Shown here one piece after another: positions 18,306 to 27,357 of a stretch of 64,000 bases of DNA; position 1 is the first letter of the stretch, and each line of letters starts with the position of its first letter. The translations under genes were made by a program, and so were the position numbers. Below the pieces are notes generated by a model. It ran no database searches, was not told the DNA's origin, and saw nothing but the letters and a program-made list of their open reading frames with translations. Source of the DNA: Vibrio sp. (GTDB lineage Bacteria > Pseudomonadota > Gammaproteobacteria > Enterobacterales > Vibrionaceae); contig JAOICL010000001.1 in NCBI GenBank assembly GCA_028131545.1, positions 6,661-70,660 on the forward strand, given 5' to 3'.

Positions 18306-18686
18306 TTAAGTTGCTTTATATTGCACCTTATTTCCATCCAATGTTTCTTTAACCACTAAACCCTCATCAACTAATTTTTTTACACCACCACTCGCCCAAG
18401 ATGAGGCTTTGGCATCGTCTTGACCTGCTTCAAGTCCAATTGACTTGGCATTAATTCCGGTTGGTGCCCCCTTAATAATAGAGAGTATTTGCTCTTGTTT
18501 CGGGGTTAGACTAACCTCTGTACTTGAAGGTGTATTATTAGTAGTCGACTTAGCCGTACCCGCACTCTTTTTCTTTGGTGACGATACTGGAGGTGACTTG
18601 GCTTGAGATGATTGAGTTTTAGACGAACTGGCTTTAACAAACTTCTTTAACTTCATTTGAACACTTCGCTTATGCGCTAGTCTCAT
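18306..18686 (-). CDS. winged-helix (MarR-like) protein with basic low-complexity N-terminus
   Basis: LTPKQEQILSII...INAKSIG...VKKLVDEGLV..V.Y winged-helix pattern. Confidence 0.75.
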   Translation of the reverse strand: MRLAHKRSVQMKLKKFVKASSSKTQSSQAKSPPVSSPKKKSAGTAKSTTNNTPSSTEVSLTPKQEQILSIIKGAPTGINAKSIGLEAGQDDAKASSWASGGVKKLVDEGLVVKETLDGNKVQYKAT

Positions 18687-18806
18687 TAGAACCCCCTAAC
18701 TGATTCACAAATCTATAAATTAATGAAAAATATAGTTCTTATCTTTGAAAATAGCAATTTTTCGACAATGTCGATCAATAATGAACACTAAATAGGTTGC
18801 TTAGAT

Positions 18807-19487
18807 ATGCGTACACAAAGGATTTCTAACTATAAATACCCTCCTCGTAAAGTTTCGCTTGTAACTTGGTTATGTCTATCATTTGTTGTCTTTGCCTTTC
18901 TAGAGCGCTTGTTTGTCGATCTAGCTCAAGCGATTGTTATTACCTGTATTCTTATTTCTATTTGCGCTTTCATCTACCAAATTTATCAAAAGAGTTATAT
19001 CGAACATATTTTTACTGCAGCTCATTTACAACAAAACCTACGCCATGGTGGTTGGGTCATTCAATGGCAAAATATTGCTGAAGTTAATGTCGTTACAATA
19101 GAACAAGAGGGGTGGCACCAAGAACTGCCTTGGGTAGGTATTCGTTTAAAGGAATACTCCCCTATTTTAAAAGGAATATGTCCGCGAATTATTAGTGACA
19201 TTCTTTTACAACAAAGGCCTTTATTGATTTTGGGCTGCAGACATCATAAGAAACCGTTCGAAGATATCGTTCTCGATGAAAAGGAATACATTAGCCCATC
19301 TGGACAAGTTTATACTGGGTTAAACGCCATGTTAGTCAATCGAATGCGACACCAGAGGCGATTTTTTGGGTTTGATCTTTACATATCAGAAAGTGATATT
19401 CGAATGGATAAAAATGAATTTATCGGTATTGCGAGACGTTATTTAGCCGCTAAAAAAGAGAATGTTGAATGCCCTAAAAAGGATTAA
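18807..19487 (+). CDS. DUF2982-type membrane protein
   Basis: Two N-terminal TM helices; GGWVIQWQNI, LPWVGIRLK and GFDLYI motifs. Confidence 0.7.
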   Translation: MRTQRISNYKYPPRKVSLVTWLCLSFVVFAFLERLFVDLAQAIVITCILISICAFIYQIYQKSYIEHIFTAAHLQQNLRHGGWVIQWQNIAEVNVVTIEQEGWHQELPWVGIRLKEYSPILKGICPRIISDILLQQRPLLILGCRHHKKPFEDIVLDEKEYISPSGQVYTGLNAMLVNRMRHQRRFFGFDLYISESDIRMDKNEFIGIARRYLAAKKENVECPKKD

Positions 19488-19553
19488 CTATAGAATCTAA
19501 AATGGCGAAGATGTGGGCTTTGTCTTTTTTATTGTAAAACAAAGCCCTTCTAT

Positions 19554-20216
19554 TTAACGGTGGAAACGATTCAAGCCATCACCAACAAATGGATTATGCT
19601 GGCGCTCATGACCAAATGTCGACTCTTCTCCATGACCAGGTACAAAGCGAACATCATCACCTAATGGCCATAATTTGCTTTTTATTGAGTCAATCAATAC
19701 TTCAAAGTTGCCCTTCGGAAAATCGGTACGACCAATGCTCCCACTAAATAGGACATCACCAACAAAGGCTAACTTAGTTTCTTCAGAGTAAAATACAACA
19801 TGCCCAGGTGTATGCCCTGGAGTGTGGATAACCGACAATTCTTGCTGACCAAATCGAATACGGTCACCATCGTTGAACCATTCATCCGGTTGAAAATTCG
19901 TTGTGGGAGGGAAACCAAACATCTGACTTTGACTCTCTAATGCTTGCAGCCAGAAGTTATCTTCTTCATGTGGGCCATGAATAGGGAGGTCAAACAAGGT
20001 ATCTGATAATTCCACTGTTCCACCGACATGATCTAAATGCCCGTGCGTTAAAATTATCTTAATAAGCTGAACCCCAAGTTCATTCACTTTTCCGATGAGC
20101 TTCTTAACATCACCACCGGGATCAACGATGACGCCTTCCATTGTTTCGTCACACCACACTATCGAACAATTTTGAGCAAATGCTGTTACGGGCAGCGTAA
20201 AATATTGTAATGCCAT
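19554..20216 (-). CDS. MBL-fold metallo-hydrolase (YcbL/GloC-like)
   Basis: THGHLDH, HTPGHTPG, GDVLF, GRTDFP and PGHG motifs. Confidence 0.9.
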   Translation of the reverse strand: MALQYFTLPVTAFAQNCSIVWCDETMEGVIVDPGGDVKKLIGKVNELGVQLIKIILTHGHLDHVGGTVELSDTLFDLPIHGPHEEDNFWLQALESQSQMFGFPPTTNFQPDEWFNDGDRIRFGQQELSVIHTPGHTPGHVVFYSEETKLAFVGDVLFSGSIGRTDFPKGNFEVLIDSIKSKLWPLGDDVRFVPGHGEESTFGHERQHNPFVGDGLNRFHR

Positions 20217-20334
20217 GATAAACCTTACCTATCAACATAATTGATGTTTTTCAAACGATGAGTAATCGACATCAATAACAGTAACTTAATAAAATTGGAA
20301 TGACTATGGCAAGAATTTGTTCACAACGCAAGTA

Positions 20335-21420
20335 CTACAACGATTTCCAATGATTATCCCATTGAATAGAAGTCCGTATAGGCTCGAGTTCGCCCATTGG
20401 TGAATACGCTAAGACTTTACCCACTCCTGAACTAAGATACAGCTTATCTTTAATGTTGGTTGCCCCTGATGCATCCGGTAATACATGCAGCTCTTCTAAC
20501 GTTAGAGAATGTCGAGACCACACCCCATAGCAATTTCCTCGTGGAGAGGTGGCGATAATCCAATCTTTATTTGAAGTAATACTGGCTATATAACCGTTAA
20601 ATCTTGCCCACTCTTCTGGTTCAGCCTGTAAATAATGTAGTTCTTTACCCTGTTGATGGATCGCAACCAAAGGGGCCGTTGTATCCTCGCCACCACGCAA
20701 CTGTTGCCCACAAAATACGGTATCAATACCATCATGGGCAAGATGCCTGATACTTAATTTCGAGTTAGGTAATGTATGTTGGGATAATACTTCACCATTC
20801 AATCCTAAGTAAGTCAGGTTAGGTGCCATTGTGCTGATATTCAATGGCTTTCTTTCTTTCGTATGAACTCCACCCACGCCCACCGCTAACGTATTTTGAG
20901 GGGTTAATATGATCTCATGTGGGCCAATACCAAATCCTGTAAATTCAGCAACTTTCTGATATTTGTCCCTGGCATCATACACACCAACATACCCACGACT
21001 ATTGTTTACATGCCCTTCTGTGACATATAAAAATTGTCCATTCTTCGAGTACACTCCATGTCCATAAAAATAACGGTGACGTTGAGGTTTTATCGTGTGT
21101 AGGTAATCCCCCGTTTCAACATCAACAACGATAAAATAGTGTCCAGGCCTTCTTGCAAAGATCGTGGCTTGGTTAGTGGTTGGGTGCGTAGCAACACCAT
21201 GCCCTCTCGAAGGTAATGGCCAAGAATGTTGCAATTGCCCTTTGATATCAATAGCACAAGCTTGATATTCATTAACGTTTCTAATCGCACAACCAATCAG
21301 TTCTGATTTTGGCGTATTCAATGACGAACACCCCGATAGTTGCCCTAGTGTTGAGACACCAAGGCCGCTATACAGTAATGTTTTCAATGATCGTCGTTTG
21401 TTTTGATCAACATTTATCAT
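20335..21420 (-). CDS. DUF1513 beta-propeller lipoprotein (Tat-like signal)
   Basis: KRRSLK signal; RGHG, FARRPG, FYGHG, GIGPHE, LSIRHL and WDNHW motifs. Confidence 0.85.
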   Translation of the reverse strand: MINVDQNKRRSLKTLLYSGLGVSTLGQLSGCSSLNTPKSELIGCAIRNVNEYQACAIDIKGQLQHSWPLPSRGHGVATHPTTNQATIFARRPGHYFIVVDVETGDYLHTIKPQRHRYFYGHGVYSKNGQFLYVTEGHVNNSRGYVGVYDARDKYQKVAEFTGFGIGPHEIILTPQNTLAVGVGGVHTKERKPLNISTMAPNLTYLGLNGEVLSQHTLPNSKLSIRHLAHDGIDTVFCGQQLRGGEDTTAPLVAIHQQGKELHYLQAEPEEWARFNGYIASITSNKDWIIATSPRGNCYGVWSRHSLTLEELHVLPDASGATNIKDKLYLSSGVGKVLAYSPMGELEPIRTSIQWDNHWKSL

Positions 21421-21473
21421 TTGTTTAAATCTATTTGATTGGTGTTCCTATACAAGTCAGTCACCGTTGATAA

Positions 21474-22472
21474 TTAATCGCCATCAGTGGAGTTAAAGCC
21501 AAGGATGATACCTAACTTAATCGCAGATTCTTCAGATAACTTATAACGTAAGTGGTTCAATCGGTTATAGTTATTTAATGCATCTCGGTACCCTTCTTTC
21601 GTTTGAATCGTTTCAAACAATGAGCGATTAGATGGCCATGCCTCAAGAACATCACTAAACTGCTGTTTGATATCATCAGCCAGTGCAACATGTCCTTGAT
21701 TACGTAAAATCGCATCTAACCCTTGTCCTTTAGCAAAGTATAATTTTTCAAGTGAACGAATATTATACTCTAGATTCTCATAAGATGTTTCTGAACGCCA
21801 AGCTTCAGCAAAGTGCGCTCTTGGTTGTCCAATCTTAGCTAAAGGTCTCTTCATTTTGCTCAATGCATAATCCAGTTGATTCGTCATTAGAGCGAGGTAC
21901 TCTTTATGCCAAGCTTCTTCATCTAACGATGTCCAAGGATTATCTTGCCATGCCTGTTGAATCTGTTCTGATGTCGTGACTAAATTACCTGAAATCGCGG
22001 CTCCAAGAGCGCATTTTTCATTGTTCTTAATAGCTTGTGATTCTTCATCATAGAGAAGCCACTCGATCGCTCCAATGCCTTGAACTGCGACACTTTGATT
22101 CGAAATATCACTGGATGTCCACGATGTTGACTCTGCGAGTAATGCTCGCATTTTTCTCCCCGTTGTATTTTTTTTATCAGGCCAATATTGCATATTCCAG
22201 CTTTGAGCTATCGCTTCTTCCGGGCCACGTTGCTGCGCTTGAAGCATCATCCAAGAATGAGCGACATCACCCCATGCTTTCTTTAATGCTGCCTCATCCG
22301 TTCCACAGGTTTCGGTGTAGGAAATGGCTAAGCCTTTTGTACTTTGATGCAAATTCTGAGCATAAGATTGCTCTATCTTAAAAACTTCATGACTCGGATG
22401 TGGAGCGGTCGAAAACATTGAGCTGCACCCCGCTAATGCCAACGCAGAAACACTTGATATGAACACTTTCAT
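21474..22472 (-). CDS. imelysin-family lipoprotein
   Basis: Lipobox LAGC; YWPDKKN, QGIGAIEWLLY and C-terminal LGFNSTDGD motifs. Confidence 0.85.
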   Translation of the reverse strand: MKVFISSVSALALAGCSSMFSTAPHPSHEVFKIEQSYAQNLHQSTKGLAISYTETCGTDEAALKKAWGDVAHSWMMLQAQQRGPEEAIAQSWNMQYWPDKKNTTGRKMRALLAESTSWTSSDISNQSVAVQGIGAIEWLLYDEESQAIKNNEKCALGAAISGNLVTTSEQIQQAWQDNPWTSLDEEAWHKEYLALMTNQLDYALSKMKRPLAKIGQPRAHFAEAWRSETSYENLEYNIRSLEKLYFAKGQGLDAILRNQGHVALADDIKQQFSDVLEAWPSNRSLFETIQTKEGYRDALNNYNRLNHLRYKLSEESAIKLGIILGFNSTDGD

Positions 22473-22499
22473 ATGACTTCACCAATATTCTAATAACGA

Positions 22500-23885
22500 T
22501 TAAAGAGAACGTAAAAAAGCTACAATCGCTTCACGTTCTTCCTGATTAAATTTGATCACTTGTTGTTTCGCAGATTCAGCTTCACCACCGTGCCACAAAA
22601 TCGCTTCTAATTCATTCCTAGCTCGGCCATCATGCAAAAAATAGGCGTGTCCATTCACTTCTTGAGTATAACCTAATCCCCATAGAGGTGGTGTTCTCCA
22701 CTCTTGCCCTGACGCTAAATATTCCTCACGATTATCCGCTAACCCTTTCCCCATATCGTGCAATAATAAATCGGTGTAGGGATGAATAATTTGGTTTGAT
22801 AAAGCGGTTCTATCCGACCTATTTTCCGTTTTTACTTTGGGTTTATGACAATCAACGCACCCTGTTTGTGTAAATAGTGTCTCACCTAAAATAACGAGTG
22901 GATCATCAGTATTACGCCTAACCGGTACCGCTAAATGCTGCGAATAGAATTCAACAAAATTAAGGATTTTATCACTTACCTCGATCTCTCCGCCATTCGG
23001 CAGCTCATCACAAATGTTCTGGGCTTGAGTACAATTTTCATTAGGGAATAGCGTCGTCGTTAAGCCAAGGTCACCATTAAAGGCCGCTGCATTTTGTTGC
23101 ATCAGATTCGGTTGACCGGCTTTCCAACCAAATCGACCGATCACATGTTGCTCTTTTCTCACATCCCATACTTGATTTAATCGTCCCGATATACCGTCTT
23201 TGTCGTGATCCAATGGGTCAGCCCAACGTGTTAACGTCTTTTCTGGTATGGATTCTAATAACCCCAACCCAATCATTGGTGGAGCGACTCTTGCTGAGAG
23301 CAAAACATTATCGTGAATGGGCCCAAAACCAAATTCCGATAACTGTATATTGGGTTTTCTGAGTTTGACCACCGTCCCATCGGTGAAGGTAATCGGCACT
23401 TCTGTATAGTCAACATGGATTTGAGCTTCTGGCTTATGCCCTGGTAGTGCAAAATTCTGAATCTGTTCTCCATATGTTGGCTCTGGCACTACACCAAACA
23501 TCTGCTGTTGTTGTTTTTGTATATCAGATTCAGCAAGAAGGCTTATTCGTACCAGCATGGATATTGGTTGTTTATCCTGTGCCTCTGGAGGGTGTCCTCT
23601 GCCGTCTTTAATGTGGCAATTTTGACAGCCATTCGTATTAAACAAGGGTCCTAGCCCATCACGGGCATCCGTTGTTGCTGGGGCTTGGACCCAAGGGTTT
23701 CTAAAAAAACTATTCCCGACACTGAAATCCAACTTATCCATTAAAGGGAGATTTGCCGCAGGCTGAGAAAAGGCATTGTGTCCCGTTTTATCTACACTTG
23801 TCTTTCCTCCTGATGTGTTATCAAAAGCGTGTAGATGAGCCGAAAAAAGAAGAGTGGCTAATAACGTTGTGATTACTGCATTCAT
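22500..23885 (-). CDS. di-heme oxidoreductase family protein (DUF1111)
   Basis: Two CxxCH motifs (CQNCH, CVDCH); DGLGPLFN, GRFGWKA, WRTPPLWG and LHDGRA motifs. Start trimmed to ATG 23885 because the longer ORF crosses a terminator hairpin. Confidence 0.85.
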   Translation of the reverse strand: MNAVITTLLATLLFSAHLHAFDNTSGGKTSVDKTGHNAFSQPAANLPLMDKLDFSVGNSFFRNPWVQAPATTDARDGLGPLFNTNGCQNCHIKDGRGHPPEAQDKQPISMLVRISLLAESDIQKQQQQMFGVVPEPTYGEQIQNFALPGHKPEAQIHVDYTEVPITFTDGTVVKLRKPNIQLSEFGFGPIHDNVLLSARVAPPMIGLGLLESIPEKTLTRWADPLDHDKDGISGRLNQVWDVRKEQHVIGRFGWKAGQPNLMQQNAAAFNGDLGLTTTLFPNENCTQAQNICDELPNGGEIEVSDKILNFVEFYSQHLAVPVRRNTDDPLVILGETLFTQTGCVDCHKPKVKTENRSDRTALSNQIIHPYTDLLLHDMGKGLADNREEYLASGQEWRTPPLWGLGYTQEVNGHAYFLHDGRARNELEAILWHGGEAESAKQQVIKFNQEEREAIVAFLRSL

Positions 23886-23927
23886 AAACTGACCAAATAA
23901 TACATAAATATACAGGAACAATAAAAG

Positions 23928-23958
23928 AAAAATGGATAGCGAGGCGCTATCCATTTTT
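23928..23958. terminator. terminator/stabilising hairpin after the irpA-like gene
   Basis: AAAAATGGATAGCG-agg-CGCTATCCATTTTT. Confidence 0.75.
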
Positions 23959-23986
23959 TATACTCAAATAAACAAACCAATCAATA

Positions 23987-25240
23987 TTAAAATTCGTGAT
24001 CAGCTGTATCTGGGTTTAAAGATGAAACGCCAACCAATTTTGATGCACGTTCGATAGCTTCCGTCTGTTTCACTAAAGAAGTGATGGTCTCATTGATTAA
24101 TGCATTACCCTTTTTATTACCCGATGCAATCAATTGGTCAAAGTACTGACCATTTTCTGCTGATGTCACTAGTTCACCAACTTGTGCACGCGTATCATCA
24201 AACTGTTCTTGAATTTCATCTGCTGCTGCTGCATCATTTTGAGCGACTAAATCAGCAATACTAGGCCCATCGATCACACTGCCGTCTGCTCGCTTGTATT
24301 CACCTGTATAAACGTTATAAATACCTTGCTCATTGTAGTAATGCGAATTATGTGTGTTATCCGAAAAACAATCATGTTCATCTTCTGTTGAGTTCGCTTC
24401 TAACGCAACTTTCATACGCTCACCAGCCAACTCACCTAATGACAGTGACCCCATACCAAATAACATTTTACGTAGGCCATTATCTGATGAATCATTCAAT
24501 AACTCTTCGCGGTAGTTCCCAGCTTCTTCTGAAGACCACTGCTTCTCCATCCAAGTTAAGTCCTGAATAAGTAGCTCTGATGCGGCTTGAATATATTGAA
24601 TACGACGATCACAGTTGCCATTCGTACAGTCTGCACCTTGAGCAAAATCAGTATGAGAACGCTCACCTGCACCGGTATTTGTTCCGTTTAAATCTTGTCC
24701 CCATAATAGGAATTCAATCGCGTGGTAACCTGTCGCTACATTCGCTTCTGAACCACCAAGTTCATTAAGGTCAGCCAGTAGCTCTGGTGTAATCGTTTTA
24801 AGATCTAATGTTGAAGAACCAAACTGTAAACTTTCATTATTCACAATATTGGCTGTTGCACCATCGTTACCTAATTCATATTGGTAATCCGTTGCAACGT
24901 AATCAATCATACCTTCATCTAGAGGCCATGCATTCAATTGACCTTCCCAATCATCAACAACGGCGTTACCGAAACGGAAAACTTCTGATTGTTGATAAGA
25001 AACACGAGCTTTTAACCATGCTTGTTTTGCTGCTTCTTGATTTTCTTTTGATGGGTTAGCAACAAACGTATCAATAGCTTGATCAAGTTGCTCTGCTGTC
25101 GTTAATGAATCTTGATATACCGCATGTGCAATATCTGCATAATGTTCAACAACTTGTTCCTTTGTTACTTGAGAAGGCTCTGTAGAAGCACAACCAACAA
25201 TAGTTAATGCGAGAAGAGAAAGTGGAAAATGTTTGCGCAT
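23987..25240 (-). CDS. iron-regulated imelysin (peptidase M75) lipoprotein, IrpA/IcmP-like
   Basis: Lipobox IVGC; LNAWPLDEG, TGYHAIEFLLWGQD and EDEHDCFSDNT motifs. Confidence 0.9.
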   Translation of the reverse strand: MRKHFPLSLLALTIVGCASTEPSQVTKEQVVEHYADIAHAVYQDSLTTAEQLDQAIDTFVANPSKENQEAAKQAWLKARVSYQQSEVFRFGNAVVDDWEGQLNAWPLDEGMIDYVATDYQYELGNDGATANIVNNESLQFGSSTLDLKTITPELLADLNELGGSEANVATGYHAIEFLLWGQDLNGTNTGAGERSHTDFAQGADCTNGNCDRRIQYIQAASELLIQDLTWMEKQWSSEEAGNYREELLNDSSDNGLRKMLFGMGSLSLGELAGERMKVALEANSTEDEHDCFSDNTHNSHYYNEQGIYNVYTGEYKRADGSVIDGPSIADLVAQNDAAAADEIQEQFDDTRAQVGELVTSAENGQYFDQLIASGNKKGNALINETITSLVKQTEAIERASKLVGVSSLNPDTADHEF

Positions 25241-25366
25241 AATTAGCCTACTATAATTTTATGACGTATTTCATCTATCTAATGAATTAAAAAGGCGAAA
25301 ATAAAGCGTTCATCAATGAATGCTCTGTTTCGTATATTCACCATGTTATTGCTAATAATACACTTG

Positions 25367-25385
25367 AATGAGAATGATTAGCAAT
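25367..25385. promoter_or_regulatory. Fur box
   Basis: AATGAGAATGATTAGCAAT versus consensus AATGAnAATnATTnTCATT (2 mismatches), upstream of the imelysin cluster. Confidence 0.8.
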
Positions 25386-25461
25386 AACATGGTGAGGTTA
25401 AAACAATTCAACTCAGTGCTGTCGATCACATTTAGCACATATATTACCTCTCAATGATACT

Positions 25462-25524
25462 AAAAAGCCCCAAAACGATTAAATACCCCTTCATTTGGGT
25501 ATTTCAATCAATTTTGGGGCTTTT
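25462..25524. terminator. long hairpin terminator after ribA
   Basis: AAAAGCCCCAAAA..GATT.AAATACCC / GGGTATTT.AATC..TTTTGGGGCTTTT. Confidence 0.7.
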
Positions 25525-25567
25525 AGCTATTCAATGAACACTGCTCAACTGAATAGAATCAAATACG

Positions 25568-26164
25568 TTACAGATCTAAATCATGTTTTCCATGAGCAAC
25601 TTTTGCAGCTAAGTAACTTTCATTACCTTGCTTTATATGAGCAGAAGTATTCAACACTTTATCAATTTTAATACCATGACTTGTTAGCTCACGAATTTTG
25701 CGTGGGTTATTCGTCACTAATCGTACCGTTGTTATGCCTAATGCATTTAGCATTTGAGCTGCTTCTGTAAAATCACGAAGATCATCAGGAAAACCAAGGT
25801 GATTATTCGCTTCATAGGTATTCATACCTTCACTCTGAAGTTTATAAGCGTCAATCTTATTGTACAATCCAATACCACGCCCTTCTTGGCGTAGATACAA
25901 TAAAATACCACCTTGTTTACCCATTAACTCAATAGTCTCATCAAGTTGTTCACCACAATCACAACGTGAAGAGTGGAATACATCACCGGTTAAACATTCC
26001 GAGTGCATTCGAACGATTGGAGCGCTCTTTTCCATGTCCGCTTTTTTAAAAATAATCGCGACATGCTCGTTGTCTGTTTTTAGTCCATTGAAAGAGACTA
26101 TTTCCGCGTCGATGTGGCTTTGCTTACCTACTTTTAAATCGACTCGACCTCTAACTTCAGCCAT
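25568..26164 (-). CDS. ribA: GTP cyclohydrolase II
   Basis: [29 protein letters not shown] and TNNP motifs. Confidence 0.95.
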   Translation of the reverse strand: MAEVRGRVDLKVGKQSHIDAEIVSFNGLKTDNEHVAIIFKKADMEKSAPIVRMHSECLTGDVFHSSRCDCGEQLDETIELMGKQGGILLYLRQEGRGIGLYNKIDAYKLQSEGMNTYEANNHLGFPDDLRDFTEAAQMLNALGITTVRLVTNNPRKIRELTSHGIKIDKVLNTSAHIKQGNESYLAAKVAHGKHDLDL

Positions 26165-26279
26165 TATCAGTCCAAATTATTCAGTTTTAAAATTTTGCTA
26201 AATTATACTTATAATCAAACAAAACACTAGACTATGTTGCTTTTACACAACTCAATTTTTTTTCACTATCCAGTCTCTT

Positions 26280-26753
26280 TTATCGATGACCAATCTTCAC
26301 CTTACCATTCGAATGGAACCACAAGGCTTGCTTTCTACGGCGTGCAATAAGGATTGGACCATCATCATAAAATAAAAAGTTCTTCCAATGCTTTTTAAAC
26401 GTGACCCATTTTGTTTCTATGATGTTGTACTTTTCATAACAAAAGTACACAGTCACATCATCTTGCCAGTCTATATGCGCAAGCACTTCAGAGGGTAAAT
26501 CATCGGAATCGTCATTATCCCACTCTGGCATCCATTCCGTTTCAGAATCCCAAGAATCAAGCTTTTCAGGCCAATCACTTGATGCAAAACGCTCATAATC
26601 AGGACTGGTAGCGCTCACATTTTCTTTCCAAAATTGCATAGATCGAGCTTGATCCATAGGCTTAATCTCAGCCAATGCTTGTTCATTTAATGGCATTGAG
26701 GGGTGAGTAAAGATCCACTTTCTTGAGTACTCATCAACCGGAAGGTAAGACAT
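26280..26753 (-). CDS. DUF2947-type protein
   Basis: Trp-rich 157 aa ORF; WKNFLFYDDGP motif. Confidence 0.7.
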   Translation of the reverse strand: MSYLPVDEYSRKWIFTHPSMPLNEQALAEIKPMDQARSMQFWKENVSATSPDYERFASSDWPEKLDSWDSETEWMPEWDNDDSDDLPSEVLAHIDWQDDVTVYFCYEKYNIIETKWVTFKKHWKNFLFYDDGPILIARRRKQALWFHSNGKVKIGHR

Positions 26754-26766
26754 AAAACCTCTGTAA

Positions 26767-27348
26767 TTATTGATATTGAAAATTTGGATTAATCAACGAT
26801 GTTAAAATATGGTCTTGCCATTCATCATTGATCAATAAATAGTTCTTCAAAAAGCCTTCTTTTTCAAAACCCAGCTTCGTGAGGACAGATTCACTTTTTT
26901 TATTGTGCGGCATATACGCTGCTGATATACGATGTAAATTATGGATAGTAAAAAGATAATCTACCACGAATTTAACTGAGCGACTCATTATGCCCTGTCC
27001 TTGAGAGTGCTCATCTAAAGCATACCCAATATTGCAGCCATGTAATGGAAAACGACATAATTGACTAATTGAAATAGAGCCCAGCATTGTCCCCGTCGTT
27101 TTCGATAGGATAATAATATAAAACCCCATTCCTCTTTTTTGTAACTCTAATAAACCTAATAGGCGTTGAGTCCAACCTGAATGAGTATAAAATGCCGTTT
27201 CACGCTTAGGCTCCCAATGTTGCAAATGCGCTTTGTTCTCTAAATAAAAATCGACAATAAGTTGTGCATCCATGACTTCTGCACATCGCACGATAATATC
27301 GTCATCTTCTTTATACATAGAGGCTGGAGTACTCACTTTGGTGCGCAT
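26767..27348 (-). CDS. rimJ: ribosomal protein S5 alanine N-acetyltransferase
   Basis: HWEP, IGYAL..QGQG, LHRISAAYMPHN..S..VL..LGFEKEG and INDEWQDH motifs. Confidence 0.85.
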   Translation of the reverse strand: MRTKVSTPASMYKEDDDIIVRCAEVMDAQLIVDFYLENKAHLQHWEPKRETAFYTHSGWTQRLLGLLELQKRGMGFYIIILSKTTGTMLGSISISQLCRFPLHGCNIGYALDEHSQGQGIMSRSVKFVVDYLFTIHNLHRISAAYMPHNKKSESVLTKLGFEKEGFLKNYLLINDEWQDHILTSLINPNFQYQ

Positions 27349-27357
27349 AATGAGGTC

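Noticed and set aside
19554-20216. Metallo-beta-lactamase resistance gene
   Set aside because: No signal peptide; motifs match the housekeeping YcbL/GloC glyoxalase II-like family
23886-23954. N-terminal extension of the di-heme protein in the ORF track
   Set aside because: It starts inside the terminator hairpin; ATG 23885 gives a normal signal peptide. The hisB (35836) and cfa (48477) starts are similarly over-extended.
26280-27348. GNAT toxin-antitoxin pair
   Set aside because: The GNAT is a typical RimJ and the neighbour has no RHH/antitoxin features; the context is housekeeping, downstream of tyrR
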